64,000 nt of DNA from the human T2T-CHM13v2.0 reference genome, Homo sapiens. Numbering within the stretch: position 1 is the first letter of the stretch; each line of letters begins with the position of its first letter. This document shows, piece by piece, positions 27,600-42,496 of the stretch. The notes under the pieces were generated by a model. The model searched no databases. It saw only the letters and a program-made list of their open reading frames with translations, and had not been told where the DNA came from. The translations under genes were made by a program, and so were the position numbers. Where the stretch lies: assembly GCF_009914755.1 (NCBI RefSeq), contig NC_060929.1; one strand, given 5' to 3'.

Positions 27600-29935
27600 A
27601 GCAGATATAACTACAATTGCAGGGAGTGCTACTTTCAGCCATTGCTGAGTAGCTCTGTTTAATTGACTGCCCCTCCCCAACATATAACAATATAAAACAC
27701 TAGAAAAATATTGTTAAAAATTAAAAACAATTATCGGCAGTGGAGAGTGACCAACACCAGGCAGATTGTGGAGGAAAGTCAACACTTGGCAGAGGAAAGG
27801 CATGGAGCAACTTTCCCAAATTTTATGACCCTCAGCCCAAGACTAGTGCATGTCTGTGCAATGTGAGGTAGCTAAAACTCTGTTAGAAAATATGCAATAT
27901 TTCTAGTTTGAAGAACCAGGGGTCAGGGTTCACAGCAACAACATTATTTGGAAAGTGAGGCGGGAAAACATAAAGGAGGGAGCAAGAGAGGAAGAAGCCC
28001 AAATTCTGTATTTAAAATAAATACCAATTATTGGATAATCTCTGAACCATGCTTGTGCAAGGCAAACTCAAAGCAGCCTGGTCAACATTAAAAAGTGAAT
28101 TCAGATTTGAGCTTCTACTTACTGTAAGCAATATCAGGTTTGCAGTTTGAGTTTAACCACACTGCTTGCCATTTTAAAAGATAATCAGTGTCATTGGAGG
28201 AATAGAACAGAATCTTCATCACATAATATTTATAACGCACAGGTTGCACTCCAAAATTATTTGACAATCCAAAAATAGGTAAATAAAAAAAACAGGAAAA
28301 TGTAATCCATTCTTATAAAAGAAAAAAATCAGTGGAGATTGACTAAAAGATGATGTAAATATTGGAATAATGAAGCAATGTTTTAAAAGCAGCAACTGTA
28401 ATAACTATGCTCAATGAAGCAAAGGAAAATATGTTCATAATAATAAAAAGAATAGGGACAACCAGTATAGAAATAGACAATATATTTTAAAAGAACAGAT
28501 TGAAATTCTAGAACTGAAATATACCATATATATGACACAAAATTTACTAGATGGATATAATAGCCCAACGAATATAACACAAAAGGAATTTGTAAGCTTA
28601 AAGATAGTTCAATAGAAATTATTGAATCTGAAGAGCACAGAAAAAAAGTTGAAAAACAACAGAGGCTCATGGGCATTTAGGACTATATTAAGGGGTCTGA
28701 CATACTTGTAGTCGGAATTTCAAAAAGATAAGAAAGATAATGGTGCAGAAAAGGTACTAAAAAGATATACAGGCTGAAAAATTCTCCAATTTGGTAAAAG
28801 ACATAAATTTATAAATTCAAGAAGCTTAGCAAATGCCAGGCAGGGTAAACAATAATTTTAAAACTTCTAAGCACATAGTTGATAAACTATTGACAATCAA
28901 AGATAATGAGAAAATATTTAAACCAGAGAAAAAATGACACATTATATTGACAGAGGAAAGAAGAATCAAATAATGGCTGACTTCTCATCAGAAGCAATGA
29001 AAGGCAGTAAAATGTAGAACAGTATCTTTAAATAGTTGAAAGAAAATAGAATTCTATCCAACAAAAATATTCCTTGAGGATGAAGTGAAATAAAGATATT
29101 TTCAAATAAAATAAGACTAATACTATGTATCTCCAATAGACTTCCAATAAAAAATATACTAAAGTAAGTTTGTTAGGCTTACAGAAATGCTACCAGAGAG
29201 AAGCTTAGATCTTTGGGAAGGATTTAAGAACATTAAAGGTAAATATGTGTATAAATATAAAAGAGTAGTTTTCCTCTTAATTTCTTTAAAATACATACTA
29301 TATTGTGGGTTTTATCTTGTCTGTAGATGTAATACACTTTACAACTATAGTGTAAAGGATGGGGTGTGTGGTTAAATGGACCTATTAAGTGAAAAGGTAC
29401 AATACTATTTCAAGTACACAGTGAAATTTAAGAATGTACACTGTAATCCATAGAGAAAACATTAAGACATCATGCAAAGAGAAATAAGAAAAAGACAAAG
29501 GCAAATAAAAATGAAATTTAAAAAGCATTCAAAGGCAGATATGGTGGCTCATGCTTGTAATATCAGCTACTTGGGAGGCTGAGGCGGAAGGATCGCTTAA
29601 GGTCAGGAGTTTGAGACCAGCCTGGGCAATGGAGTGAGACCCCAACTCTAAAAAAATTAAAATGGAAATATAAAAAGATAAAAAGTATTTATATAGTCCA
29701 GAAAAAAAAAGAAGAAAAAGAGGAATAAAAAAACAAAACCAGAGAGAACAAAACACAAAACCTATAGTAAAATGGTAGGCTAAACACAAGCATATCAATA
29801 ACTGCCTTAAATATAAGTCTACTAAACACTCTCTATCAAATTAAAATGCAGAGATTGTCAGTCAACTTCTAAAAAAAAGTCTCAACTATATGTTTTCTGT
29901 AAGAGATTCAGTTTAAATATAAACACAACTATAGA
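27600..29935 (+). mobile_element. Old L1M 5'/ORF1/early ORF2 remnant with an Alu monomer (FLAM-like, about 29533-29660)
   Basis: A-rich ORF1-like text (gaaattctagaactgaaat; gctgacttctcatcagaagcaatg) and EN-start-like text (gcagagattgtcag...caactatatgttttct). Confidence 0.65.
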
Positions 29936-30500
29936 CTTATTTCGGATCAACCTTAAGCCAATAGTTTTCAAATATCCAGAAAGTTCCCATCTAATTCTCT
30001 CCAAAGTATTTCTCTCTCACTGTATTAATGTTCTAAACTTTAGCATTAACAACTGCACTCAAATTTAGTAAGTGCCATAACCACAGGCCAAGAGAATAAA
30101 AGCAGCTATCAATATTCAATATTTTCCCTAAAGTCCCTGAGGGAAAAAAAGTAAAAGATCCAGGGAGGTTCTCCTCATTGTCTGGTTTCTGATGACTTCT
30201 GGAAGAAGGTGTGAGCACAATTACAACATCTGGAAGAGGGTGGAATGTGCAAAATCCATCCATCAATCAATCAATCAATTTTCAGATAATATCTAGTTTA
30301 ATCAAGGAATTCCTGTAGAATTATTGTGGATAATATTATTCATCACTTAAGAGATTTTGAAAGAAAAGCAATTCATCATTAAGTAATTATAGGGAATTCT
30401 AAAATGATAAAATGAGAAAGTCCCACATAGTCTTCTTACGCTCAACATCTTGCTTTGTCATTGCAGTGCCACTTTTTTGGATATTTAGAAGTGTTAGATG

Positions 30501-31275
30501 TGTAACTGCACCAGACCAGTCTGGTTCAACTTTTTTTTTTTCTTCCAATTTTTATTTTAGGTTCAGGGGGTAGATGTGCAGGTTTGTTATGTGGGTAAGT
30601 TGTGTGTCGAGGAGGGGATTGGTGTACAGATTATTTCATTACCTAGGTAATAAGCATAGCACCTGATAGGTAGTTTTTCAATCCTCACCCTCCTCCCTCC
30701 AGTAGGCTTTGGTGTCTATTGTTCCATCTTTGTGTCCATGTGTATTCAATGTTTAGCTCCCACTAATAAGAATACGCAGTGTTTGGTTTTCTGTTCCTGT
30801 GTTAATTAGCTGGTTCAACTTTATGGTTCACCATTTATATAGCGAAGCTGTGAGTTGTTTTTTAGTTGCCATGGACCCCCAGGTTGAAGGTCATGTAACT
30901 TGAGGAGGCTCAGATGAACTAAGAATGCAACCATGGGCAGAACCTAAATGCTTGGATCACTAAATTAAGAAGTGGACACCACATGGCAGGATCCAGGATC
31001 CAATGAGATTGCGCCCTGGTGTCACCTCATGGCAGGATCTAGTCAGATGGTGCCTCCCAGCCTCACCTCATTGCAAGATGCAATCAGGTCATGCCTTGTT
31101 ACCCTCTGGCTATAAAACCTGACCCAAGTGCCAGGTGGGGACACAGATTTGAGCCAGACCCGTGTCCTTGCTTGGTAGCCTTGCAATAAATTTTTCATGC
31201 TATGAAAACCGAGTGTTTTGGTGTTTGGCTTTCCATTGCACAGTGGGCAAATGGACCCAGTTCAGTTCAGTAACA
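30501..31275 (+). mobile_element. Solo LTR47-like element with an antisense L1PA 3' fragment (about 30533-30809) inserted
   Basis: TG...CA ends flanked by GATG; the L1 insert is flanked by TSD CTGGTTCAACTTT (30520-30532 and 30810-30822). Confidence 0.75.
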
Positions 31276-31486
31276 GATGTCCTTTAATTAATCAAGCTTT
31301 ATGATAAATTTCAGATTAAATTTTTTTTTGGAAGACCTGTTTAGCTTTCCACAAAATAATTATTTCCACAAAATAATTTTAATTTCCAATAACTTTTTTT
31401 TAGAAATAAGGCCAATATCACCACCAATAATAATCACAGAGGCACGCGTTAAGGCCTAAAAGTGAATCTTTAAGATGTCAATGTCA

Positions 31487-31772
<286 letters not shown>

Positions 31773-32545
31773 GAGTCAAATGTGATAATATGCCAACAAA
31801 ACAGAATTCTACAGAACTTGTCGATGAGGGTAATTGTAAACCATTATCCACTGCTTAGGTGATGAAGTCACTTTCTTCACAAAATCCCCGATACCTTCAA
31901 ATTCCATCAGTTGGTAACAAAATGCTGCCATCTTGTAATTATAGCTATTTACAGTAGTGGAATAAATAGAATCATAATTATATTTCACAATTTACATAGC
32001 TGATTTCATAGATGTATGTAAACATAGATATAGAGATATAGACAAATATAATGTTCCTGACAGTTATAGAACTATTTTTCCTCTGAGAAGTTAGATAGGT
32101 TGGCAATACATTCCACTAATCCCTCCTCCATAATAGTTATACATATGAGACTTTCTGATGGAAGATGGAAGATGAAAGAGGATGGATCGAGAATCATTCC
32201 CAGGGTTTTAACTTCAGTGTCCAGAGGACACTAAATGAAGGCTGGCCCATTAACTTAGTAAAGGTTAAAGGCTGGACCATTCACTTAGTATAATAAAATC
32301 AAGTGAGCATAACTGAAGTTTGAATTTGGGCATACTAATTTCAAAGTACTGTCTGGAGTGCAGATGAAATCATTGCAATGGAAAGGAAGAGCTGAGAGCC
32401 ATCAAGGCACAAGTGATCATTGAAATCCTGGATGTGAATATGATTATTCAGGGGGCCCTGGGGCCCTGGGAAACACCAACATGTAGGGGGCAAGTGGAGA
32501 ACAAGAAGTCCAAAAATATGAGGGAGGAGGAAGTCAGGGAAATGA

Positions 32546-32954
<409 letters not shown>

Positions 32955-33127
32955 AAAGAGTGTTTAACGAAGCAGAATAATATGTGCCTTGGCCACACAA
33001 TCTTATCAAAACTAAGCAAGGATGGATATTTTAGCTCTTAGCTTAATAAGCCATTGGTATTTTTCATCTTTTTCCTATTAGTTATTTTCAGGATAATTGT
33101 TTAAAACTAACTTATGGAACATAACCT

Positions 33128-33543
33128 ATGTATCAGTTTCCTAAGGCTGCCATAACACATTACCACAAACTTGGTGGCTTAAAACAACAGAAATGTATTC
33201 TCAATCTGGAGGCCAGAAGTCTGAAATGAAGATGTTGGCAGGGCTAGCTTCTTCTTAGGGGTTCAAAGGGAGCCTGTTCCGTTCCTCTCTCCTAGCTTCT
33301 GGTGGTGGTCAGCAACCTTGCCATTCCTTGGCTTGAGTCAGCATAAGCAGGATCTGTCTCAGTGGTCACACAGTGTTCTTTCTGGGTGTCTGTGTCCAAA
33401 TTCCCCCCTTTTCAGAAGTACAGCAGACACTGGATTAATCTTATATGACCTCAGGTTAACTTGATTAAAGCTGCAAAAACATTATTTCCAAATAAACTGA
33501 TATTTGGAGGTTTTGGGTGGATCTGACTTTATGGACCCAGTGC
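33128..33543 (-). mobile_element. MLT1C-type MaLR LTR
   Basis: tgtatcagtttcctaaggctgccataaca...accacaaacttggtggcttaaaacaacagaaat. Confidence 0.75.
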
Positions 33544-34493
33544 ACCCACTGTTAAGGGTATAATCGCGAATTTATATGGTGCTACTGCATCTAGATTCTA
33601 GAATAACGTATAAATTTAAGAAATTAGAATGGTGCAAAAACAGATAAATTATATGTGGGCACCAAATTTTTACACTTCAGTCTCCTTCAATTGCAATAGG
33701 AGCCCAAAATAAGCCTCACTTTTTAGAAATTCATACTGGGCTGAATATTTTTATTTGACATCTCATTTGCTAGAAGAGAGATCCCTTTTAACTGTTTCTA
33801 TAAAGAATAATTTTTTTTCTCAGTAAAATATAAAATCATAAAGACTTTCCAACTCTTGGGCTTGGCAGTTTCCATAACCATGCAGATGGCTAAACTAATG
33901 GACTCTTTAAAACTCTTCAAGTAATGAGAGGTGTGGCAAAGGACCATACATTTATTGAGACAAAAATACATTTTATTATCATCAAATATTTACTATGCAT
34001 CATGGTCTTTGTGGCCCCATTAGGTATTAAGTGTATTAGGGCCTTTAGGCCTTTGTTTTAGGAAAAATAAAAAAACAAAAGGACTCTCAGCTTTCCTTGG
34101 GATGACATTGGGGAGGAGGCAGATATGTGAACAAACACAAAAGTAACATTTTAAAATAATTCTGACATTATTTTGAGTCATCCAGTCAATTCAATATAGG
34201 ATTCTAAGATATGTTTATGGTCGATACTTGTTGATCACTCTTGGTTCCCTCCCCCACCCCCCTCCTACAACCTTGCTTTTGTGATACTTTCCAGGGTCCC
34301 CAAACTCAAACCAAACTAGGCTCAGCTGATCTGGAGCAAGGCCCCTTGCCTGCTGAGTTGTCAGGCATCCAGACAGGCGAGGCTATGGGAGCTCCCGGTC
34401 CGAGGCTGCCTCGGAAGGCTCCTGTTATCCTCTAAGAGAGGTGAAATGCACCTTTCAAAGGCCCAGACACGGTAAAGATTGGATGGCATTTTT

Positions 34494-34961
<468 letters not shown>

Positions 34962-35138
34962 TCAAACACGTTTTCGTTGCTCTGGACGCCAAATGGAAAC
35001 ACGGCCAAAATTTAGTTAAAGGACTTCTCTTGCCTGAAGATTTTCGGACGGGGATCTCACGGGTTTGGCCTCTGGGTTGGGATGACAAGTGCCCCTGTGG
35101 GATACACAGCCCCAGGCCTCATCGGTCACTCGGCTTAC

Positions 35139-35300
35139 CTCTGGTTCCGCCGGCTGGCCCGTGCGTCCTTGGCCGGGGCAGGAGCAGCGCTGCGCGCGGG
35201 GCACGGAGCCTCGGCCGCCGAGTTTTCGGTTTCCAAGTTTCCTTCCCAGGCCTCTCCCACTTCCTCTTCTCACCAGTGCCCGCCCGCCCGCAAAGTCCGG
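35139..35300 (-). ncRNA. OSMR-DT: Probable first exon of the OSMR divergent lncRNA (TSS approximate)
   Basis: Strong minus-strand donor CCAGAG|GTAAGC at 35139/35138; a divergent lncRNA (OSMR-AS1/OSMR-DT) is known at this locus; downstream exons not resolved. Confidence 0.6.
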
Positions 35301-35482
35301 GTTGTGAGGCTGCGCCTCCCCCAGGATCGCGGCCGCCTCCCCCCGGGACTGAAGGGAGGGAATTCCTGTGGGTCCCAGGAGTGCCAAGAGTGCGCAGCAA
35401 GACGGGAAATTGCAAAAGACCTCACCCCTCTGCCCTCCCCCGCGGTTTTCCAGTAACTCCCGCCCCTCCGCGCTTGCCCCGC

Positions 35483-35858
35483 AGCTGATTCATAGCCCCG
35501 GCCCGGGCCGCCTCTGCACGTCCGCCCCGGAGCCCGCACCCGCGCCCCACGCGCCGCCGAGGACTCGGCCCGGCTCGTGGAGCCCTTCGCCCGCGGCGTG
35601 AGTACCCCCGACCCGCCCGTCCCCGCTCTGCTCGCGCCCTGCCGCTGCGCCGCCCTCGGTGGCTTTTCCGACGGGCGAGCCCCGTGCTGTGCGGGAAAGA
35701 ATCCGACAACTTCGCAGCCCATCCCGGCTGGACGCGACCGGGAGTGCAGCAGCCCGTTCCCCTCCTCGGTGCCGCCTCTGCCCAGCGTTTGCTTGGCTGG
35801 GCTACCACCTGCGCTCGGACGGCGCTCGGAGGGTCCTCGCCCCCGGCCTGCCTACCTG
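35483..35858 (+). other. OSMR: OSMR non-coding exon 1 (5' UTR; start approximate)
   Basis: GC-rich and ATG-free; ends at donor CCTG|GTGGGT; joining to exon 2 gives CTGAAAACCAGAACTGATG with an in-frame TGA 15 nt before the ATG. Confidence 0.8.
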
Positions 35859-38250
35859 GTGGGTGAAAACTAAATGATTCATTCCTTACAGGCCGCACAG
35901 TGCCGAGTCGCCCATTTCTCAGCCTGTTTGAAATTCACCATCCCAGCGCCTTTTTCTCAAATGATGGTGGAATGTTTGTTGAGTGGAAAATTCCCACTTG
36001 AATCCCTCTTTCCTCTCTCCCAACACATCGTGTGGAGGAGTTCATTGCTTCCCCTACCTCTCCTCTCGTAACCCTTGACTCCCACCTGAGAGAGCCATTT
36101 TTCTGGGAATCCGTGTATCTCTCCCACCTGGTCCCTAGCGTAGAAGCGGGAGGAGCTCAAGCACAGGTGGAGAGAGGAATCCCCGGGCGACTCTGCAATA
36201 GCGTCCGTCCGGGGCGCTTACCTTCTTCTCCAGCCACTTGAGTGGAAGTGGCCCTCTACATTCTGGAAACCTAGGCACGGAGGGGTTCAGTAACTTGTCC
36301 AAGGCCATATGGCTAGCTGTGAGGGCACTGAAATCCGAGCCCGGCTCTCGCAGGCCAGGGCTTTACCCCTGACACCGCGATTCCTTTCTCGATAGTTCTT
36401 CATCTGCCCTTCATCCACCTACCCATGCATGCCTGCATCCGTCCATCCATCCTGCCTGCCTTGCTGCGGGAGGCACAGTGCTAGGTGCTGCTGATGGAGT
36501 GGCTTGGTAACAGACCTGCCTTGAAAACACTTTGGGAACAAGATATTCAAGAGAAGTAAATGGAAGGGTCTATGAAGGCAGAGAAGATAGAATTGAATGT
36601 AGGATACTTAGTTTGAGCTAGAAGGAATTCTGATGGAGGAGAAAGAAATTTTTAGGTTTTATTCCCAAGATTAAAACTGACTTTGGAACATGGGTCAAAC
36701 TACTTATCACCTCTTAGTTTCCTTGTCTGCAAATAATAATGGTTCATACTTACTGTGAACCAGCCCCTATTCTAAGCACTTGACATATGCTAGCTCATTT
36801 AAGCTTCACGGGTGAGGCGGGTACTAGTTTTTTATTATATTTTATTGAGGAAACTGAGGCCCAAAGAGGTTTTGTAACTTTTCTAGGGTTACACAGCTAG
36901 CAGGTGACAGTATCAGGATTTGGGTTTGGAGTCTGCTCATGATCACCGTGCTGTAGCTCAAACTCTTAAGACTGGGTGGGGTGTTTCATTATGGTCTTGC
37001 TTTGTCTCTCTCCTGGGCTGCTTTAAAATGCACTCAGAGCCCTTGATGTCCCCAAACTCCGCTGTGTCTGAGAATCATTTCTTGAGCTTTCAAAGCATCA
37101 AACTCCAAACACAGCCTTCTATTCAGAATCTTCAGGAAATACTCAGTTTGTTTTCCCCGTAGCATTTGTTCAGTGCCTCCAGTGGCAGGAAGCTCACCAC
37201 CTCACATTTTATTGTAGGAAGAGCTAGTTCTCTGCTGTAAATTGCCTCCTTGTGACTTACATCTTGGTCCCAGTTCCCGTTTGTCCCAGCAGGTGTGGCT
37301 AAGCCTTTTGTATCAAAGGTGGCTTTGAGAGAAAAAGGCTGGTCTTGGGTGTTTCTTCCGCAGGGACCCGAGCCGCATTGGGGAGAACACATAAACACTG
37401 GTTCTTTCCCCCTCTACCCTTTTCTTTAACCTGAACAGACCAGGAACACATGCAGAGGTGTTCCTGGATCTCTCATGTTTTTGTAACCCTTTTGTCCTGA
37501 GGACAAAACCGAATCAGGAGAACTGTTACGGTTTTCAAAGGGGAATCAGTGGTACTGTATTTAACAAGAAGAAGGTGTGTATTTTCCTTGTGGGAAAGGA
37601 CTGGGGCATTCATTGGCTGCAGTAGAAGAGAATCTTAGTGAGTGTGGTCTTGCTCACTTACAGGAACTGTGAGCCTTGGCCCTCCTTTCGCTGGGGGAGA
37701 AAATCCTTCTTGATTGCTTAAAAAATGTGTAAAATGGGGGGAAAAAAACCCAAACCAAAACAAATAGAATATCATGGCCTTGCTGGAGAAACCCCCTCCT
37801 CCAAGCAGGCTTCTTTGTAGCTACATGAAGGGAGAATTTCTTTTCCAACAGCTGTGTTGGTGGCTTCATAGCTTTCCTTCCCTCCTCATTTTAGTTGTAC
37901 TGGTCGCTCTGCATTTGTGCACTCCACGTTGTATTCTATTTTTGTGTTTTAAAAATAATACAAATAATAACAACTCATTCTCACTCAATATAGAAGTGAA
38001 GTGAAATGTAGACGTGCCATCACCATCCTCCCTCCTCCCACTCAGAAGAGGGAAGGTTAAGTTTGATAATACCATTCTAAGGCTTGTTTTTCTTTTCTAT
38101 AGTTTTACATAATACATACATATACATATGTTTTAAATATGCAAATTATCTTACTATACTTATTGTACAGCTTGCTTTTTCAGTTTCCAAGTCTTAGAGA
38201 TCTTTCCATTGTCTCTAGATACCTCTTTTGTTAATGGCTACGTGTTATTC

Positions 38251-38549
38251 TTTTTGTGTGTGTGTGAGATGGTCTCACTCTGTCACACAGGCAGAAGTGC
38301 AGTGTCATGATCATGGCTCACTGCAGCCTCGACCTTCTGGGCTCAAGTGATCCTCCCACCTCAGCCTCCTGAGAAGCTGGAACTACAGGCACATGACACC
38401 ACACCTGACTTTTTTTTTTTGTATTTTTTGTAAAGATTGGGTCTCTCCATGATGCCCAGACTGGTCTTGAACTCCTGGGTTCAAGCAGTCCACCTGCCTT
38501 GGCCTCCCACAGTGCTAGGATTACAGGCGTGAGCCACTGTGCCCGGCCA
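38251..38549 (-). mobile_element. AluJ within an old L1M remnant
   Basis: Reverse Alu; TSD-like gctac(g/a)tgttat. Confidence 0.88.
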
Positions 38550-39214
38550 GCTACATGTTATCCTAAAGTAGAAATAGAATGTAATTTATCCATCCTTTCC
38601 TATATTGATGGACATTCAGCATTAGCAACGTTGCTTCAGAGCAGATCACACATTCATCTTCCTGCTCAAGTGTGAGTATTTCTGTGGAAGAGAATCTGAG
38701 GAGAGGTATTCCTGTGTCAAAGGGTTTGCCCCTTTTTCCACTTGATAGATATGAAGTGGAAGGTAACGATGTAACTTAATATTTTTGTAAAGTTTTAGAC
38801 AGCTGATCCAATAGCATTTATTTAATAATTCATCTTTTTTCCAACTCATTTGAAATTCTGTTTTTATCATTAAATAAATTCCTGTTTGTAAAAGGGTCTG
38901 TGTCAGGATTCTATTCTGTTTCATTGATCTTTTTTTTTTTTTTTTCCCTAAACCAATATTACTCTGAGTTAACTACTGTAGCTTTATAGTGTTTTTGAAA
39001 ATCTTGTGGTATATATTTGTGCTTTTTAAAACAACTTTTTTTATAAATCACATACATTTTCTCTTTACAAATAGCCTGTCAAGTTTAATAAAATCCTATT
39101 TTTAATTAAGATTTTATTGAGTTTATAATTGTTAGCAATTTTTAATGCTTTAATGTCCACTTTGGTATGAGCTCCAAGCTTTAAGGAAACTGTGTCATGT
39201 GAACTTTGGTTAAT

Positions 39215-39720
39215 GACTTATCTGATTTCAAATATTGGCTACACATCAGATTAACTGGGTCAGTTTGGATAAATTACTTGTCAACTTTCTTATCCTTAAT
39301 TTCCTCCTCTGTGAATGGGAATAATAATATAATCCTTTTCTTAGCGCTGTTGTGAGGATTCAATTAATAAATGCATGTACGTCACTTAGCAAAGCACCTT
39401 GTAGAGAGTTAGTATCTAATACATGCTAGCTGGGATCTTTTTCATATTTATATCCTACTCATGGTTTTGCAGAGTGCCCTATTGGTAATAGGAACCAGTA
39501 AATATTTCCTTTATTTATTGGTAGTATCCTAAGAGACAAAAATATATCATATATTTTAAATATAGTAGTGTTTCTCAAACTTGAATGTGCATATGAATCA
39601 CCTGAGGATATTATTTAAATGCAGATTCAAGAGGTCTAAGGTCTGGCCTGAGATTTTGCATTTCTGACAAGCTACCAGGTGATGTCAATACTGCTGGTCC
39701 TTTGTCCACATTTGGGTGTA
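39215..39720. mobile_element. MIR (about 39215-39430) and MER5A-like hAT element (about 39564-39720)
   Basis: MIR core (ttcctcctctgtgaatgggaataata...gttgtgaggatt); MER5A text (gtgtttctcaaacttgaatgtgcat...gaatcacctg). Confidence 0.65.
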
Positions 39721-41184
39721 CAGTCTTGTACAACTATTTAAATTTATGCTGCTAGTGATAGTACTTCCTATTTGTAATGAATATGATTGAAAGCATTTTT
39801 AAATTGATTTCTTTTAAAATTACATGCTAAAGAACTAAATTATAGTTGTTTTCCTTTCTTCCTTCTTCTCTCCCTCTCTTCCTTTATTTTTGTTAAAAGA
39901 AAGAGGGTTGGTGAGATCGCTAAATAGAATACCTAGCTCTGTTCTTAGATCTAGAGTCATTGAGGCAATTAACTATCTGGATTATTTTAAACTGTTGACT
40001 TAAGATGAAGACAGTCATATAAAATATATGCAGCCTGAATATGACATTTAATGTCAACTAAAGAAAAGCACAATTGTAAGTGGCTTCTGCAAATAGAAAA
40101 ATGTAAGACATAAAGAACACTTGGAAAAATGTAAGACAAAATAATTCTCAGAAAAGAGTGATTGAGGTTTCATTGTTCATGTGTAATGCCAGCTTTTGAG
40201 AAGATGTGCATCAACAGAAGTTACGCTTTCTTGTGAGTAAATTTTTCATACACCATGGTATTTCTTGGTCACCTCTTTCTACTTTCAATCTCCCTAATGG
40301 GGGATTTTGAGCAAATTTACTTCATATATATACTTCAGTGTGTCTGTCTGTCAGCAGGGGATGGTAGTATGATTTTTCTACTCAGGACACTGGTTACTTT
40401 TTGCATTTGGAAATAGATCATTAAAGTATCTACACTCTCTCAGAACCTAAGAGGTTACATTTTCTGTACAGAAAAACACGGCATCCTCCCAGGCTGATCC
40501 AGTAGGTAAAAACTGCCAACCTTTTTCAAGTCTGTTCAATACCATGGGTTGGACTGGAAACACAAACACTGTCAACTAGTTTAATCATGTTGGGATATAT
40601 GGTTTCAAGTGTGGAAATAAGGAAATTGCCACTTGCACAAGACTGAGCTTAATATGTTTAAAACATGCACACACACACGTTTTAAGGAATGCTTTATGTT
40701 GCAGAACTGTATAACTTAAAGTGAGTTATCTATAATTTCTCTTATTCTGCCCACCTCCCTCCCTCCATCTCAGCTCTAAATTTATAACTTAGTAAGTGGG
40801 TGTGTCTTTGGGGCTGGTTTGGATCCCTCAAGTAGAAGAGAGCAAGCCAGAAACACATGTGCAAGAGATTTACTGGGGGAAGGACTTGTAAGGGGAAAGG
40901 GAGTAACTGTAGGCACAGAGCCTTCAGACCCAGTGCAGGTGTGATGCCTGTGGAAGGAGATGGGGAGGAAGGAAGGTGGGAAGGAGTTGCTTCCAGCTGC
41001 AGCCATTGGGTGGGAGCAGCCTGGGGTGTGTGAATCTTCCACAGATCTGAAGGGGCAGTGTCTGAAGGCTGTCAGTCATCTACGCTCTCTTGAAGGGAGC
41101 ACTGAGGGGCACAGCTGCACACTGCCACAGTTCTCTTTCAGAGATGTTCTTAGGTATATACTGTTTTGAAACTGACTTATTCAC

Positions 41185-41546
41185 TGATGTGGTTTGGCTG
41201 TGTCCCCACCCAAATCTCATCTTGAACTGTAGCTCCCATAATTCCCTCATGTTGTGGGAGGAACCCAGTACGAGATAACGGAATCATGGGGGCAGTTTCC
41301 CCCATACTGTTCTCGTGGTAGAGAATAAGTCTCACGAGATCTGATGGTTTTATAAGGGGAAACCACTTTCACTTGGCTCTCATTCTTCTCTTGTCTGCCA
41401 CCATGTGAAATGTGCCTTTCTCCTTCCACCATGACTGTGAGGCCTCCCCAACCACGTGGAACTGTGAGTCCATTAAACCTCTTTCTTTTGTAAATCACCC
41501 AGTCTCTGGTATGTCTTTATCAGCAGTGTGAAAACAAACTAATACA
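41185..41546 (+). mobile_element. THE1B/C solo LTR, sense to OSMR
   Basis: tgatgtggtttggctgtgtccccacccaaatctc...actaataca; 5-bp TSD TTCAC; TATAA 41351; ATTAAA 41472. Confidence 0.92.
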
Positions 41547-42152
41547 TTCACTCAATATTTTAGAATATTTTTCCATGTCAGTGCATGGATCTAGTTCATT
41601 CTTTTTAACAGTTGCATGTTGTTCTTTTGTAGAAATGCACCATAATTATTTTTCTGTTCTTTTTGAAAGGCTCTTGGATTTTTATTTTTTCCCTCATGTA
41701 CACAGTGCTATAACAGTCTTTAAACACATTTGCGTACAACATGTGCAATACTCTGTCTATCATCTGTAGGGCAAAATTTCAGCAATAGAATTACAGAATG
41801 ATTTCTGGATCAAGAGAAATACACATAGAATTTTAGTAGATGTGGTCAAATGGACCTCTGTAAGGTTGTATGCTTTGATCATTAGTGAGTCACAATGCTT
41901 ATTTCTGTAAACTCTTACCAATGTGAGGTATTAAGACTTTTTTAAACGTTACCAATTGGATACTACATAGACATACACAGACATACACACACACACAATT
42001 GTCTTTAATTCTTAGTGATCTTGCCAAGTTTTTTGTAGGGAAGGGTGATATTTGTATTTCCCTCTTTTCATGAATTATGTATTCATGTTTTTCTACAGAG
42101 TTGTATGCCTGTTTTTACTTATTTCTAAGAACTCTTTGTATATGAGGGATAG

Positions 42153-42496
<344 letters not shown>

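Noticed and set aside
34260-34445. Possible second OSMR-DT exon (minus-strand acceptor tttcacctctcttag| at 34432)
   Set aside because: The acceptor is plausible but I found no convincing donor; cannot be supported without RNA data.
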